Below are positions 27,497 through 36,094 of a DNA stretch of 64,000 nt, piece by piece. The stretch is from Candidatus Saccharimonadales bacterium (GTDB lineage: Bacteria; Patescibacteriota; Saccharimonadia; Saccharimonadales; JAUPVS01). Position numbers and translations under genes: made by a program. The notes under the pieces were generated by a model. The model was not told where the DNA came from and did no database searches. It saw nothing but the letters and a program-made list of their open reading frames with translations. The DNA lies in NCBI GenBank assembly GCA_039920385.1, contig JBDSDR010000004.1:20125-84124 (forward strand). Reading direction: 5' to 3'. Positions within the stretch are counted from its first letter, which is position 1; each line of letters begins with the position of its first letter.

Positions 27497-27630
27497 ATTT
27501 TTTCACCCCTTTACTTTATATATTTTGATTATAGCAAAGTATGCTGTTAATTAGTTTAGATAGTTGGTTCCAACCAGGAGCTATCCCTACACAATTTCCT
27601 AAAAAGTAAAAAATATGTTATAAACTGTAC

Positions 27631-28440
27631 ATGATTGAGTCCGTACTCCTAGAGCTTGAAAACTGGTGTAGGCTCTTGCCTGCAGAAGGTTTAGAGGTCG
27701 ACAATATTTTATCGGGCAGTAGTTATTACAGAAAGACTAATTTCCAAACTCCTTTAGCTGACTTGTCGTATTATCTTTGTATCTTAGGCTCTGGCGCATC
27801 TGGCTTTGCCTACTTCAATGGTAAGCCGGCACCCCACAATCAGCTTATAAGTGTAGTTGATAAGCCGGCTATTGATTTGATGCGCCGTGATTTGGACTGG
27901 CCACTAAGGGTGGCGTTAATTGACGCCGTTTGTGAAGAATATAACAAATACCATAAGATCGAACCAAGTGATAAGTCGGGCAAACGAGGGACCTATCAGG
28001 AAAAGGCCAATTACAGGTCAAAAATTACCACAGATCATGTGCGGACTGGCAAAAAGGTTGTTGTGGTGGGGCTAGTAACGGAATTCGTAAGAGAATTACT
28101 AGAGAAAAAATGCGAAGTCTCGATTAGCGACTTAAGCCCAGAACTTCGCGGCAAAAAAATCCATGGGCTGAGCGTAAACACTCAAGGTAATAAGCGGACT
28201 CTCGAGCTTATTGCAGATGCCGACTATGCGATTGTATCTGGTGCAACCTTGTCGTCCAACACCGTTGATTCGATATTAGAAACAGCCAAAAAATACAATA
28301 CTCACCTCTGTTTTTATCTTGAAACAGGAGGCAATTTGGCGCCGTTTTTACTCAAAGCTGGCGCAAAATTGGTTATCGCTGAAAAGTTCCCTTTCTATGA
28401 TTTACCAGGCGAAACCATATATGAGGTGCACCGAGCATGA
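27631..28440 (+). CDS. DUF364-like (enolase-N/Rossmann-like) protein
   Basis: RVALIDA, KVVVVG and ADYAIVSGATLSSNTVD resemble the DUF364 C-terminal Rossmann domain. Confidence 0.6.
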   Translation: MIESVLLELENWCRLLPAEGLEVDNILSGSSYYRKTNFQTPLADLSYYLCILGSGASGFAYFNGKPAPHNQLISVVDKPAIDLMRRDLDWPLRVALIDAVCEEYNKYHKIEPSDKSGKRGTYQEKANYRSKITTDHVRTGKKVVVVGLVTEFVRELLEKKCEVSISDLSPELRGKKIHGLSVNTQGNKRTLELIADADYAIVSGATLSSNTVDSILETAKKYNTHLCFYLETGGNLAPFLLKAGAKLVIAEKFPFYDLPGETIYEVHRA

Positions 28441-29216
28441 TCAGAGAGGTCGCCCCCGACGAAGCTCCTCAAGTATTTGGCTTGATGGAGAGAGTCTATG
28501 GAAACCACACTTTAACGGCAGGAGGGGTAGAAGCGTACAGTGCCAGCATCACTAACGGTGATTACATATCTGTTGGTCTGTTTGAAGGCGATAACTTGAC
28601 AGCCCATGCAGGCATTCGGCTTGCCGGTAATTTTGCAATCATCAACGCTTTAGTGGTTGACCCTGATAGACGAGGAGCCGGCATGGGAAAGGCAGTCTTT
28701 GGGGCGCGACTTGAGCGGGTCAGGCAGGAGACATCAGTTGACTTTGTTGCTGGCTATTCGATGACTCAGCATTTATGGAGCCAAAAGCTTTATTCGGATA
28801 AGTTTATGCCTGTTGGTTTAGATATAGGTTATCCCGATATTTACAAAAATAAAGACTCCATTTACAACAGGGGGATGGCATTTAATGCTGAAATCGTATT
28901 GTGCCAGCGATTAACCGACAACAACCATGAGGTCAAGCTAAGCTTAATCCGAGAAAATCAATCACTTGCGCGCCATATCTTAGCTAAGATTGGGGTAGAT
29001 TGTATTTTTGATGACACCCCATCGTCAAACGTTGTTACTAATCCGAATGATACATTTTTGGGCTTTCACCCAGTGGCAGATGGGGGCTTGTTTTTGCCCG
29101 GCTACCTTGCGCAGGGCGTACGCGTTGCGTTTGACGGTATCCAATCATCTAACGATGTTAGGGGTGATTTTATTGAATCAATCAGGTGTAAGTATGAAGC
29201 AGCCATTAGAAATTAA
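28437..29216 (+). CDS. GNAT-family N-acetyltransferase
   Basis: LVVDPDRRGAGMGK acetyl-CoA-binding motif A; ATGA overlap with the upstream gene. Confidence 0.8.
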   Translation: MIREVAPDEAPQVFGLMERVYGNHTLTAGGVEAYSASITNGDYISVGLFEGDNLTAHAGIRLAGNFAIINALVVDPDRRGAGMGKAVFGARLERVRQETSVDFVAGYSMTQHLWSQKLYSDKFMPVGLDIGYPDIYKNKDSIYNRGMAFNAEIVLCQRLTDNNHEVKLSLIRENQSLARHILAKIGVDCIFDDTPSSNVVTNPNDTFLGFHPVADGGLFLPGYLAQGVRVAFDGIQSSNDVRGDFIESIRCKYEAAIRN

Positions 29217-30057
29217 TATATTATCGTCCGATGGTTATGATCGGCAGAGCCTACCACTTATAGTGAGTACGTTTGAGGATAGGGGCCATCAGGTAAACTT
29301 GATGCCTGTCGAAAATTCTCCCGAAGCCGCCGAAATACTCGATGGCGATGTTTTTATCGATAGAAGTGCTGTTATTGATGTAAACTTTTTCCGAGACATG
29401 GCCCTGGGTTACTTTATGCGCAGAGCCGATAATAAACCGACGCCAGTAATGGTAGACAACCCTTTTTCTACCATGATTTCGTTTGATAAAAGAAAAACTC
29501 ATAGAATGTTTCCAGACTTAATCCCAGAGACATACGATTTAGATGGCGTTACTAACCATGATACTATCTCAAACTTTATAGGGGATGAGTATGTAGTTAT
29601 TAAAGACCCGTTCGGCTGGTACGGAAACGGAATTGTTAGACTTTCACCAGACCAAGCACTTGCGGATTATGGCCTTGCTGAGGGCCTTGTGGTGCAAAAG
29701 TATATACCATTTTCGGAAGGTCTTGGGAGGATATACACCCTGAACTATGAAGCTGATTTTTTGGTTATGGCTAGTTACATGGAAACTCCCGATATTTGGC
29801 GGTCCGGGGAGGGGGCCAAGAGTACTTATAGGCCGGTAGAAGTAACCAAGCCACTGCATGAGTTTGCCCGACAAGTAAGTAAAATCTCAGGGCTGTATTT
29901 AAATGCGATTGATTATATCGACAGCGGAGAAGACAGACTACTCCTTGAAATTAATGCAGTGCCGAATCTCTACGCCCCACATAATAACGTTGGAGCCAAT
30001 TCATTCGAGTTATTTGCCGAACACGTAGAAAGGAGCGCAGCAAGTCGGCGGGTTTAA
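29194..30057 (+). CDS. RimK-like ATP-grasp ligase
   Basis: DK, VVIKDPFGWYGNGI, VVQKYI, IDYI and LLEINAVP motifs; start moved to ATG 29194. Confidence 0.8.
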   Translation: MKQPLEINILSSDGYDRQSLPLIVSTFEDRGHQVNLMPVENSPEAAEILDGDVFIDRSAVIDVNFFRDMALGYFMRRADNKPTPVMVDNPFSTMISFDKRKTHRMFPDLIPETYDLDGVTNHDTISNFIGDEYVVIKDPFGWYGNGIVRLSPDQALADYGLAEGLVVQKYIPFSEGLGRIYTLNYEADFLVMASYMETPDIWRSGEGAKSTYRPVEVTKPLHEFARQVSKISGLYLNAIDYIDSGEDRLLLEINAVPNLYAPHNNVGANSFELFAEHVERSAASRRV

Positions 30058-30135
30058 CATCTATCCTCAGTAGGCGCTGGGCGCCAGGAAAAGATTTTAT
30101 CATGTCTATTGCATACCGCTTGGCCATTTGTTTTT

Positions 30136-30669
30136 TCATCCTAGCTTGAGAGCTTCGCCTTCTAGAATCGAGAAGCCTTTTAATATCGAGGTAAGTTCCA
30201 GGTCTTCGTCGGAATCCTTCTTTACGGAGCTATTTCGCCTAGCAAGTTGGCGATTATCAGAAACGGTGCTTAAAACCTCGGCTTTTGTGAACCAGCCATA
30301 TTCGGAATGATCTTCGGGGTTGATAGTTACGTTGTCGTGGGATTGGGTAAATGTAGCAAAGTAAATCACTTCAATTGAGTGGGACTGTTTAATAAGGTTT
30401 TGATAGGTAAAACTAGCAAATGGGTCACCAACACTAATGGACATGCCAAACTCTTCAGTCACTTCTCGTTTAAGGGCGTCGACTATGTCTTCGCCAAAAT
30501 CAACATGCCCACCAGGCATCTCATAGAGCCCAGGAAGGAATTTTTTGGTTTCGGCACGCTTGGCCAGAAAAACTTTTTCGATCCCATTGAATTTATGGTG
30601 GATGAATCCACAAACGCTAATAACTTGTTGTCCTTTGGCGGGGGTTTCACTGTCGTGAGAAATCTTCAT
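30136..30669 (-). CDS. NUDIX hydrolase
   Basis: Nudix box GGHVDFGEDIVDALKREVTEEFG. Confidence 0.9.
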   Translation of the reverse strand: MKISHDSETPAKGQQVISVCGFIHHKFNGIEKVFLAKRAETKKFLPGLYEMPGGHVDFGEDIVDALKREVTEEFGMSISVGDPFASFTYQNLIKQSHSIEVIYFATFTQSHDNVTINPEDHSEYGWFTKAEVLSTVSDNRQLARRNSSVKKDSDEDLELTSILKGFSILEGEALKLG

Positions 30670-30750
30670 CATATAACTATAACAATAAACACTTCTTGGC
30701 GAAGTGTTTATGCTTTGGAGGACCAGGTTGGTGGCTGTAGTAACTGGAAT

Positions 30751-31047
30751 CTACTCTTCAGGTACCGAAGCCAGATCTTCAAAAGTTAAGCTACCAGGAC
30801 TGGCAGCGATCAGTAAAAGCTCAGGGTCATCTGGGTCTTGTAATTCGCGTGAGTTAGTCTCATCATGTAACATGCTTGCCCAATAAAGTGCATTCAAAAC
30901 AGTTGCTGGGCTTACATCAACGGCAGTGACGATAGTCACATAAGGGTTATCATCGCCTTCGACGGGCATAGGCACGAGTTCGTGTTGAAGTTTATATTTG
31001 CCCTGTCTTAGGCGTTGCGAAAGTTCTGTAGCTCCGGCTGGGTTCAT
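30751..31047 (-). CDS. Hypothetical protein
   Basis: 98-aa ORF in tandem with neighbours; no motif recognised. Confidence 0.5.
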   Translation of the reverse strand: MNPAGATELSQRLRQGKYKLQHELVPMPVEGDDNPYVTIVTAVDVSPATVLNALYWASMLHDETNSRELQDPDDPELLLIAASPGSLTFEDLASVPEE

Positions 31048-31059
31048 GAGGTTAAACCC

Positions 31060-31635
31060 TTACTTACTAACTGTGAAGCTAGCGATCGCACTGTGGCTGG
31101 TTTTGCCATCGAGTTTAGCGCTAACCCTATAGAAGTAAGTTTGACCGGCGGTAACTGAGACTTTAGGAATTTCTAAAGACTGACCAAAACTGTAGGCATC
31201 AGTCGGCCCTACTTCACCAAGACCTTTAGTAGCATGAAGCGTGGATTTATCTAAATTAGTTGGCGTAGCGCCGTAGTCAAGCCATAATTCCTGGGGAATG
31301 TTTGTTGTTTTGTATACCCCAGTAATTAGTAATCTACCATCAGAGCGCGTCATTTCAGCCTGGCCTGGGATAAGATCAGTATTGATTGAATCAGTCGACG
31401 CAGGAGCTGTTGGTTGTACCGCCGTCGCAGCGTTCTGACTAGCCTTCAGTGCGACAACTTGCGTATTGGCAGCCTTGAGTTTTTGTGTCGCATCTTTGAC
31501 CTTAGAATTTTGCCAATAGTACACACCGTATAGAGCGGTCAGTGCTAGAACCAAACCTATTACAATTCCTAGGTAATTCCTCTTATTCACAGTGGGGGAG
31601 ACGCTGTTGAGCGATTTGTCTGGTTGGTTACCCAT
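31060..31635 (-). CDS. Membrane-anchored protein with coiled coil and C-terminal FN3-like domain
   Basis: N-terminal TM, A/Q/T linker, YG...GQTYFYRVSA FN3-like motif; TGCTATACT 6 nt upstream. Confidence 0.65.
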   Translation of the reverse strand: MGNQPDKSLNSVSPTVNKRNYLGIVIGLVLALTALYGVYYWQNSKVKDATQKLKAANTQVVALKASQNAATAVQPTAPASTDSINTDLIPGQAEMTRSDGRLLITGVYKTTNIPQELWLDYGATPTNLDKSTLHATKGLGEVGPTDAYSFGQSLEIPKVSVTAGQTYFYRVSAKLDGKTSHSAIASFTVSK

Positions 31636-31689
31636 AGGGTTAGTATAGCACCTGGATACTATAGGTTACCTAATATATAGAAGACAGAT

Positions 31690-31766
31690 TGGAGGGCCAG
31701 GAGGGACTTGAACCCTCGACACCCTGCTTAAGAGGCAGGTGCTCTAACCAGCTGAGCTACTGGCCC
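31690..31766 (-). tRNA. tRNA-Lys(CTT)
   Basis: Reverse complement reads GGGCCAG...CCTGC-CTCTTAA-GCAGG...GGTTCAAGTCC...CTGGCCC-T-CCA. Confidence 0.96.
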
Positions 31767-31857
31767 TTATAGAGACTTGTTCAAAGATGGGCTGGCTAGA
31801 GCACGAGTGCTCGTGACTAACTTTTGCAGCAAGCTGCGCCAGCAAAGCTACTGGCCC
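31767..31857. repeat. Hairpin-rich segment ending in a 12-bp copy of the tRNA-Lys 5' end
   Basis: AGCTACTGGCCC at 31755-31766 and 31846-31857; internal palindromes CACGAG-TG-CTCGTG and GCAGC-AA-GCTGC. Confidence 0.5.
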
Positions 31858-32006
31858 AAATGTTCATTTGAACCCAGCAATTCTACCATATACCTCTGTT
31901 ATCCGCAAGGCAGCATCGATTAAATAAAATGGTTATGCAAATATGCTGATTTTTGGCTTTAAGGTGTATACTCGTAGTTAACAATAACAATTCAGGGGGA
32001 GAAAAA

Positions 32007-32450
32007 ATGTTCAGTACATTAGCACAAGTAACTTACCAATACACCACGACTACAACTAGTAGTGGCTCGGGTTTTAACCCGGTAGTATCTTTCATTTATT
32101 TAGTCGTGCTCGTGGCCGCCATTGTTGGCATGTGGAAGGTCTTCGAGAAGGCCGGCGAAAAAGGCTGGAAATCTCTTATCCCTATATATAACGCCTACAT
32201 TTTGTTAGAAATCTCTGGCAAGCCAGGTTGGTGGGTTTTGCTTCTTATGATCCCGTTTGTAAACCTTTATGTCGCAATTGTGCAGGCTCTAGAGCTTGCT
32301 AAGCGCTTTGGTAAAAGTGGTACCTTCGGCTTCTTTGGTTTATTCCTGTTCTCATACGTCGGCTATCTAATCCTTGGGTTTGGTGATGCTAAGTATGACG
32401 GTGGTCGTTACAACGCTGCCGCTAAGCCAGCTGCTCCAGTCAGCCAATAG
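32007..32450 (+). CDS. DUF5684-family membrane protein
   Basis: WKVFEKAGEKGWKSLIPIYN...KRFGKS...ILGFG pattern; GGGGGAG RBS before ATG 32007. Confidence 0.85.
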   Translation: MFSTLAQVTYQYTTTTTSSGSGFNPVVSFIYLVVLVAAIVGMWKVFEKAGEKGWKSLIPIYNAYILLEISGKPGWWVLLLMIPFVNLYVAIVQALELAKRFGKSGTFGFFGLFLFSYVGYLILGFGDAKYDGGRYNAAAKPAAPVSQ

Positions 32451-32464
32451 TATTTAGGCTTTCC

Positions 32465-32500
32465 AAAAAACGCTCGTCTCTTCGGAGGAGAGCGTTTTTT
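32465..32500 (+). terminator. Intrinsic terminator (probably bidirectional)
   Basis: AAAAAACGCTC...TTCG...GAGCGTTTTTT. Confidence 0.75.
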
Positions 32501-32518
32501 CATGCTACAATTACAGCG

Positions 32519-33331
32519 ATGCAAAAACTACTAAATGGCCGTGAATTGGCTGACTATATTAAACAGCGCCAAGGTGGCCAGGTTAGGGCTCTTAAGCAGG
32601 CTCATCGGTTACAGCCTAAGTTGGCAATTATTGTTTGTGTCGATAACCCGGTCATCGAAGTCTACATTAAGCTAAAAACTCGCTATGGGGCTGATATAGG
32701 CGTTGAGGTCGAGATACATCGGGTCAAACAGCCTGAGATGCCGCAACTAATCGAAAAGCTTAATAAAGATGACTCTGTACACGGCGTCATTACACAGTTG
32801 CCGCTAGAAGATCCCAAGCAAACCGACCAAATAACTAATTTAGTTAGTCCGCAAAAAGACGTTGACGCTCTGGGTAAAAAGGCAATTTATGACCCGGCCA
32901 CTGCTCTGGCTATTATGTGGCTACTGGCGGGTTACAATATTGATCTTCGCGGAAAACATATTTTACTGATTGGTCGTGGCAAGTTAGTTGGTGCTCCACT
33001 CGAACGAATGCTCAATACATCTGGCCTAGATGTTGAGGTTGCCACAAGGGAAGTCGATGACTTAAAGCTTAAATCTCTGCAGGCCGACGTTATTATTACT
33101 GCTACTGGTAGCCCAGCCATCCTATACCCAGAGATGATTAAAGCCGGCGCAGTTGTGGTTGATGCTGGCGTTGCTAGCGAAGATGGCAAAACGGTGGGGG
33201 ATCTAGCACCAAGCGTCTATGAACGCGATGATCTGATCGTCACTCCTGTAAAAGGTGGCGTTGGCCCACTAACTGTTTGCGCACTTTTCGAAAATGTTAT
33301 TCGAGCCGCACAAAGCCAGATTACTAAATGA
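32519..33331 (+). CDS. folD: Methylenetetrahydrofolate dehydrogenase/cyclohydrolase
   Basis: YIKLK, QLPL, KDVD, GRGKLVG, DAG and PVKGGVGPLT motifs. Confidence 0.93.
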   Translation: MQKLLNGRELADYIKQRQGGQVRALKQAHRLQPKLAIIVCVDNPVIEVYIKLKTRYGADIGVEVEIHRVKQPEMPQLIEKLNKDDSVHGVITQLPLEDPKQTDQITNLVSPQKDVDALGKKAIYDPATALAIMWLLAGYNIDLRGKHILLIGRGKLVGAPLERMLNTSGLDVEVATREVDDLKLKSLQADVIITATGSPAILYPEMIKAGAVVVDAGVASEDGKTVGDLAPSVYERDDLIVTPVKGGVGPLTVCALFENVIRAAQSQITK

Positions 33332-33981
33332 GAATTGGCGTTTTTGATTCGGGAGTTGGCGGAAAATCTGTGGCTGACGCTATCCATAAAGCCATGCCCA
33401 ATGCTGAAGTCATTTTCGTCTATGATCATGTAAACTTTCCCTATGGCTCCAAAACTACAGAAGAACTTATTTCAATTGTGACGCCAATTTTGCAGGAGCT
33501 TGCTACTAAGACGGATGTAATTGTGGTGGCTTGTAATACCGTTAGTACTAACCTAATCGAACCATTAAGGGAGGCGATTTCTGTACCATTAGTTGCGGTT
33601 GAACCAATGGTTAAAGTGGCTGCCGAGCAGACAAAAACTGGTGTATTTGCAGTTTGTGCTACACCCAGAACATTAGCTAGCGTCCGCTATCAATGGCTGA
33701 AGGATACTTTTGCGATAGGCAAAACTGTTGTAGAACCAGACTGTGCTGATTGGTCACGAATGATCGAAGCTAACTCGATTAATGAACAGAAGATAAAGCA
33801 ACAAATCGATGAAGTTTGTCGGGCCGGAGCCGATGTGGTGGTGCTGGGCTGTACCCACTATCACTGGATAGAAGGGCTGATTACAAAAATCCTAGACGGC
33901 CGAGCTGTGGTTCTGCAGCCAGAAAAAGCGATAATTCGACAGTTAGATCGTATAGCTAAAGAGATTGAACCGATCGTTTAA
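33328..33981 (+). CDS. murI: Glutamate racemase
   Basis: FDSGVGG, PYG, ACNT and LGCTHY motifs. Confidence 0.93.
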   Translation: MRIGVFDSGVGGKSVADAIHKAMPNAEVIFVYDHVNFPYGSKTTEELISIVTPILQELATKTDVIVVACNTVSTNLIEPLREAISVPLVAVEPMVKVAAEQTKTGVFAVCATPRTLASVRYQWLKDTFAIGKTVVEPDCADWSRMIEANSINEQKIKQQIDEVCRAGADVVVLGCTHYHWIEGLITKILDGRAVVLQPEKAIIRQLDRIAKEIEPIV

Positions 33982-35287
33982 ACTGCTCACCACGATCTTG
34001 GTAATTTTTAAACATATCAAAACTGGCGCAAGCAGTTGATAGTAGAACAACATCACCAGGGTGGGCTTGGATGTGGGCGTTCTCTACGATCGTAGCCATG
34101 TCGTTACCGCCGCTTACGATATTCTCGAAGCCAGCCATTTGCAAGGCTTCTCTAATTTTTGGAGCAGTATCGCCAATCAGGACAATCGATCGAACATTAT
34201 GGGTGGCGACGACTTGAGCTAGCCCGTCAAAAGTTGCTTCTTTTTCGGAGCCACCTAATATGACAACTTTTGGCTGCTCGAAGGCTTGAATTGCTACTAC
34301 GGCAGTTTCGGGTGTTGTCCCAAAAGAATCATCATAGTATTTTACGCTGTTAAACTCCCGTACTAGCTCTAATCGGTGTTCGAGGCCTTTAAACTGGCTA
34401 ACCACTTGCTTTATTAACTCAGTGTTATGGTCAACCAGACCCCAGGTTGTAGCGATAGCTGCACAGATATTCTCGAGGTTATGCCGACCGAGTAAACCGA
34501 CCTCGCTGATTTTACAGATGGCCGTCTTGTTCATATAAATTGTGTCCCCATTTACATAGGCGCCAGTAGTTTGTTGGGGTTCGCCTTCGGCCACTGGTAC
34601 GGCGTAAGAAAGCTTGCTGGCGGCCGAGACACTGGCGACTTCTTGAGAGTGGGCATTAGCACGGTTAAAAATTGCCAAGTCATGAATAGTTTGATGCAAG
34701 AACATTTGTTGTTTAGCGACAACGTATTCTTCCATGTCGGTGTGCCAATTTAGGTGTTCCGGCACAACCATTAAACAGACCGCAATTTTTGGTGAAAACT
34801 TAATGTCGATTAGCTGAAAGTTGGCTAACTCTAGCACTACCCAATCAGTTGGCTGGATATTGTCTTTGAGCATGGCTAGAGGCGCAATACCGATATTACC
34901 GCCCAAATGAACCTTTTTGCCAGCGGCTTCTAGTATTTTGGTGACCAAGGTCGAGGTCGTGCCTTTACCTTTAGTGCCGGTAATACCAATGATGTTTTTG
35001 GAGGGGCAGACTTTAAAGAACTCGTTAGTAACGGTGGTAACTTTTTCGAGGATGTGCGGACTATCGGGGTTTGCCTTGATGATATCGTTAGGATGCAGCG
35101 AAGGAATCCGCACTAGTAAATCAAACTGGTCCAAATCTTTTAAGTAATCATCGCCAAACCGCGTCGCATAACCCTCAGGAACTTGTAACTCATTTTGGTC
35201 ACAGATTGTAATCTGATTCTCCGGTTTGTTCCAGTACTCTAGAGCAGCTACGTTCTGGATACCATAACCCAATAGAGCAATTTTCAT
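33956..35287 (-). CDS. murD: UDP-N-acetylmuramoyl-L-alanine:D-glutamate ligase
   Basis: GITGTKGKGTT, GGNIG, HRLE, DDSFGT and ACASFDMF...RG motifs. Confidence 0.95.
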   Translation of the reverse strand: MKIALLGYGIQNVAALEYWNKPENQITICDQNELQVPEGYATRFGDDYLKDLDQFDLLVRIPSLHPNDIIKANPDSPHILEKVTTVTNEFFKVCPSKNIIGITGTKGKGTTSTLVTKILEAAGKKVHLGGNIGIAPLAMLKDNIQPTDWVVLELANFQLIDIKFSPKIAVCLMVVPEHLNWHTDMEEYVVAKQQMFLHQTIHDLAIFNRANAHSQEVASVSAASKLSYAVPVAEGEPQQTTGAYVNGDTIYMNKTAICKISEVGLLGRHNLENICAAIATTWGLVDHNTELIKQVVSQFKGLEHRLELVREFNSVKYYDDSFGTTPETAVVAIQAFEQPKVVILGGSEKEATFDGLAQVVATHNVRSIVLIGDTAPKIREALQMAGFENIVSGGNDMATIVENAHIQAHPGDVVLLSTACASFDMFKNYQDRGEQFKRSVQSL

Positions 35288-35659
35288 TTATTTACCAAGT
35301 TGTTGTTTAACCAGCTCGGCCACCTGACGAGGGGTCATATCGGCCTTCAAGATTACTGCCGCGACACCCTGTTTTTTAACATCTTCGGGGATTTCTTGTT
35401 CGCCCATGTTGGTCAAAATAACCACCTTGATGTTTTTGCCCCAGGTAGTTGCCCGCATCTTCTTGAGCATTTCGTCGCCGTTCATTTCTGGCATCATTAA
35501 ATCTAGTAAAATGACCGTTGGTTTCATGCTTTCGGCCAAAGCCAAACCGACTTTGCCATTCTCGGCAGTCTCAACCTCGTAGCCCTCACCCTCGAACTTA
35601 ATTCGGTACATCTGAGAGATAGCTTGATCATCTTCGATAATCGCAATTTTTGTTGCCAT
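35288..35659 (-). CDS. Stand-alone response regulator receiver domain
   Basis: IIEDD, LLDLMMPEMNG, LTN and the conserved Lys; no output domain. Confidence 0.92.
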   Translation of the reverse strand: MATKIAIIEDDQAISQMYRIKFEGEGYEVETAENGKVGLALAESMKPTVILLDLMMPEMNGDEMLKKMRATTWGKNIKVVILTNMGEQEIPEDVKKQGVAAVILKADMTPRQVAELVKQQLGK

Positions 35660-35731
35660 ATTCTTATATTACGGTAGAGGCTAGTATTAGACAACTGATT
35701 ATAAGTATGGTTGGAATGATATTATGGGGGT

Positions 35732-36001
35732 ATGAAACAGGATTTAGCAGATTTCAGGAAAAGCTTAGATACTATCGATAACAACTTGGTACTCCTTTTG
35801 GCCGAACGATTTCGGGTGACAGATAAAGTCGGCCAGTACAAAAAAGCCCACAATCTTCCTCCGGTTGACCCAGCTAGAGAAGCCGCCCATCTAGAGGAAA
35901 TAAGACAGCTGGCTATGGAGGCGGGGCTCGACGAAGACTTTGCCCAAAAGTTTTTGAGATTGATAATGGATACTGTCGTCGAAAATCACAAACGCGCCTA
36001 A
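35732..36001 (+). CDS. Chorismate mutase (AroQ/type II)
   Basis: RKSLDTID...LLAER...VGQYK...DPARE motif. Confidence 0.9.
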   Translation: MKQDLADFRKSLDTIDNNLVLLLAERFRVTDKVGQYKKAHNLPPVDPAREAAHLEEIRQLAMEAGLDEDFAQKFLRLIMDTVVENHKRA

Positions 36002-36094
36002 ACAATGTGTGGCAGTCAGCAAAGTGAGTGATGGGCAGTTTTGATGTATAGTTAGAAGTATCATTGTTATATGTAATAGAAGGCTATCAAATAC

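Noticed and set aside
29008-29193. 62-aa N-terminal extension of the ATP-grasp ORF
   Set aside because: It overlaps the GNAT gene in another frame; ATG 29194 gives a normal-sized ATP-grasp protein.
27500-31690. Integrated island at the tRNA-Lys 3' end
   Set aside because: Genes look accessory, but I found no att-like duplicate of the tRNA 3' end and no integrase, so it was not called a mobile element.
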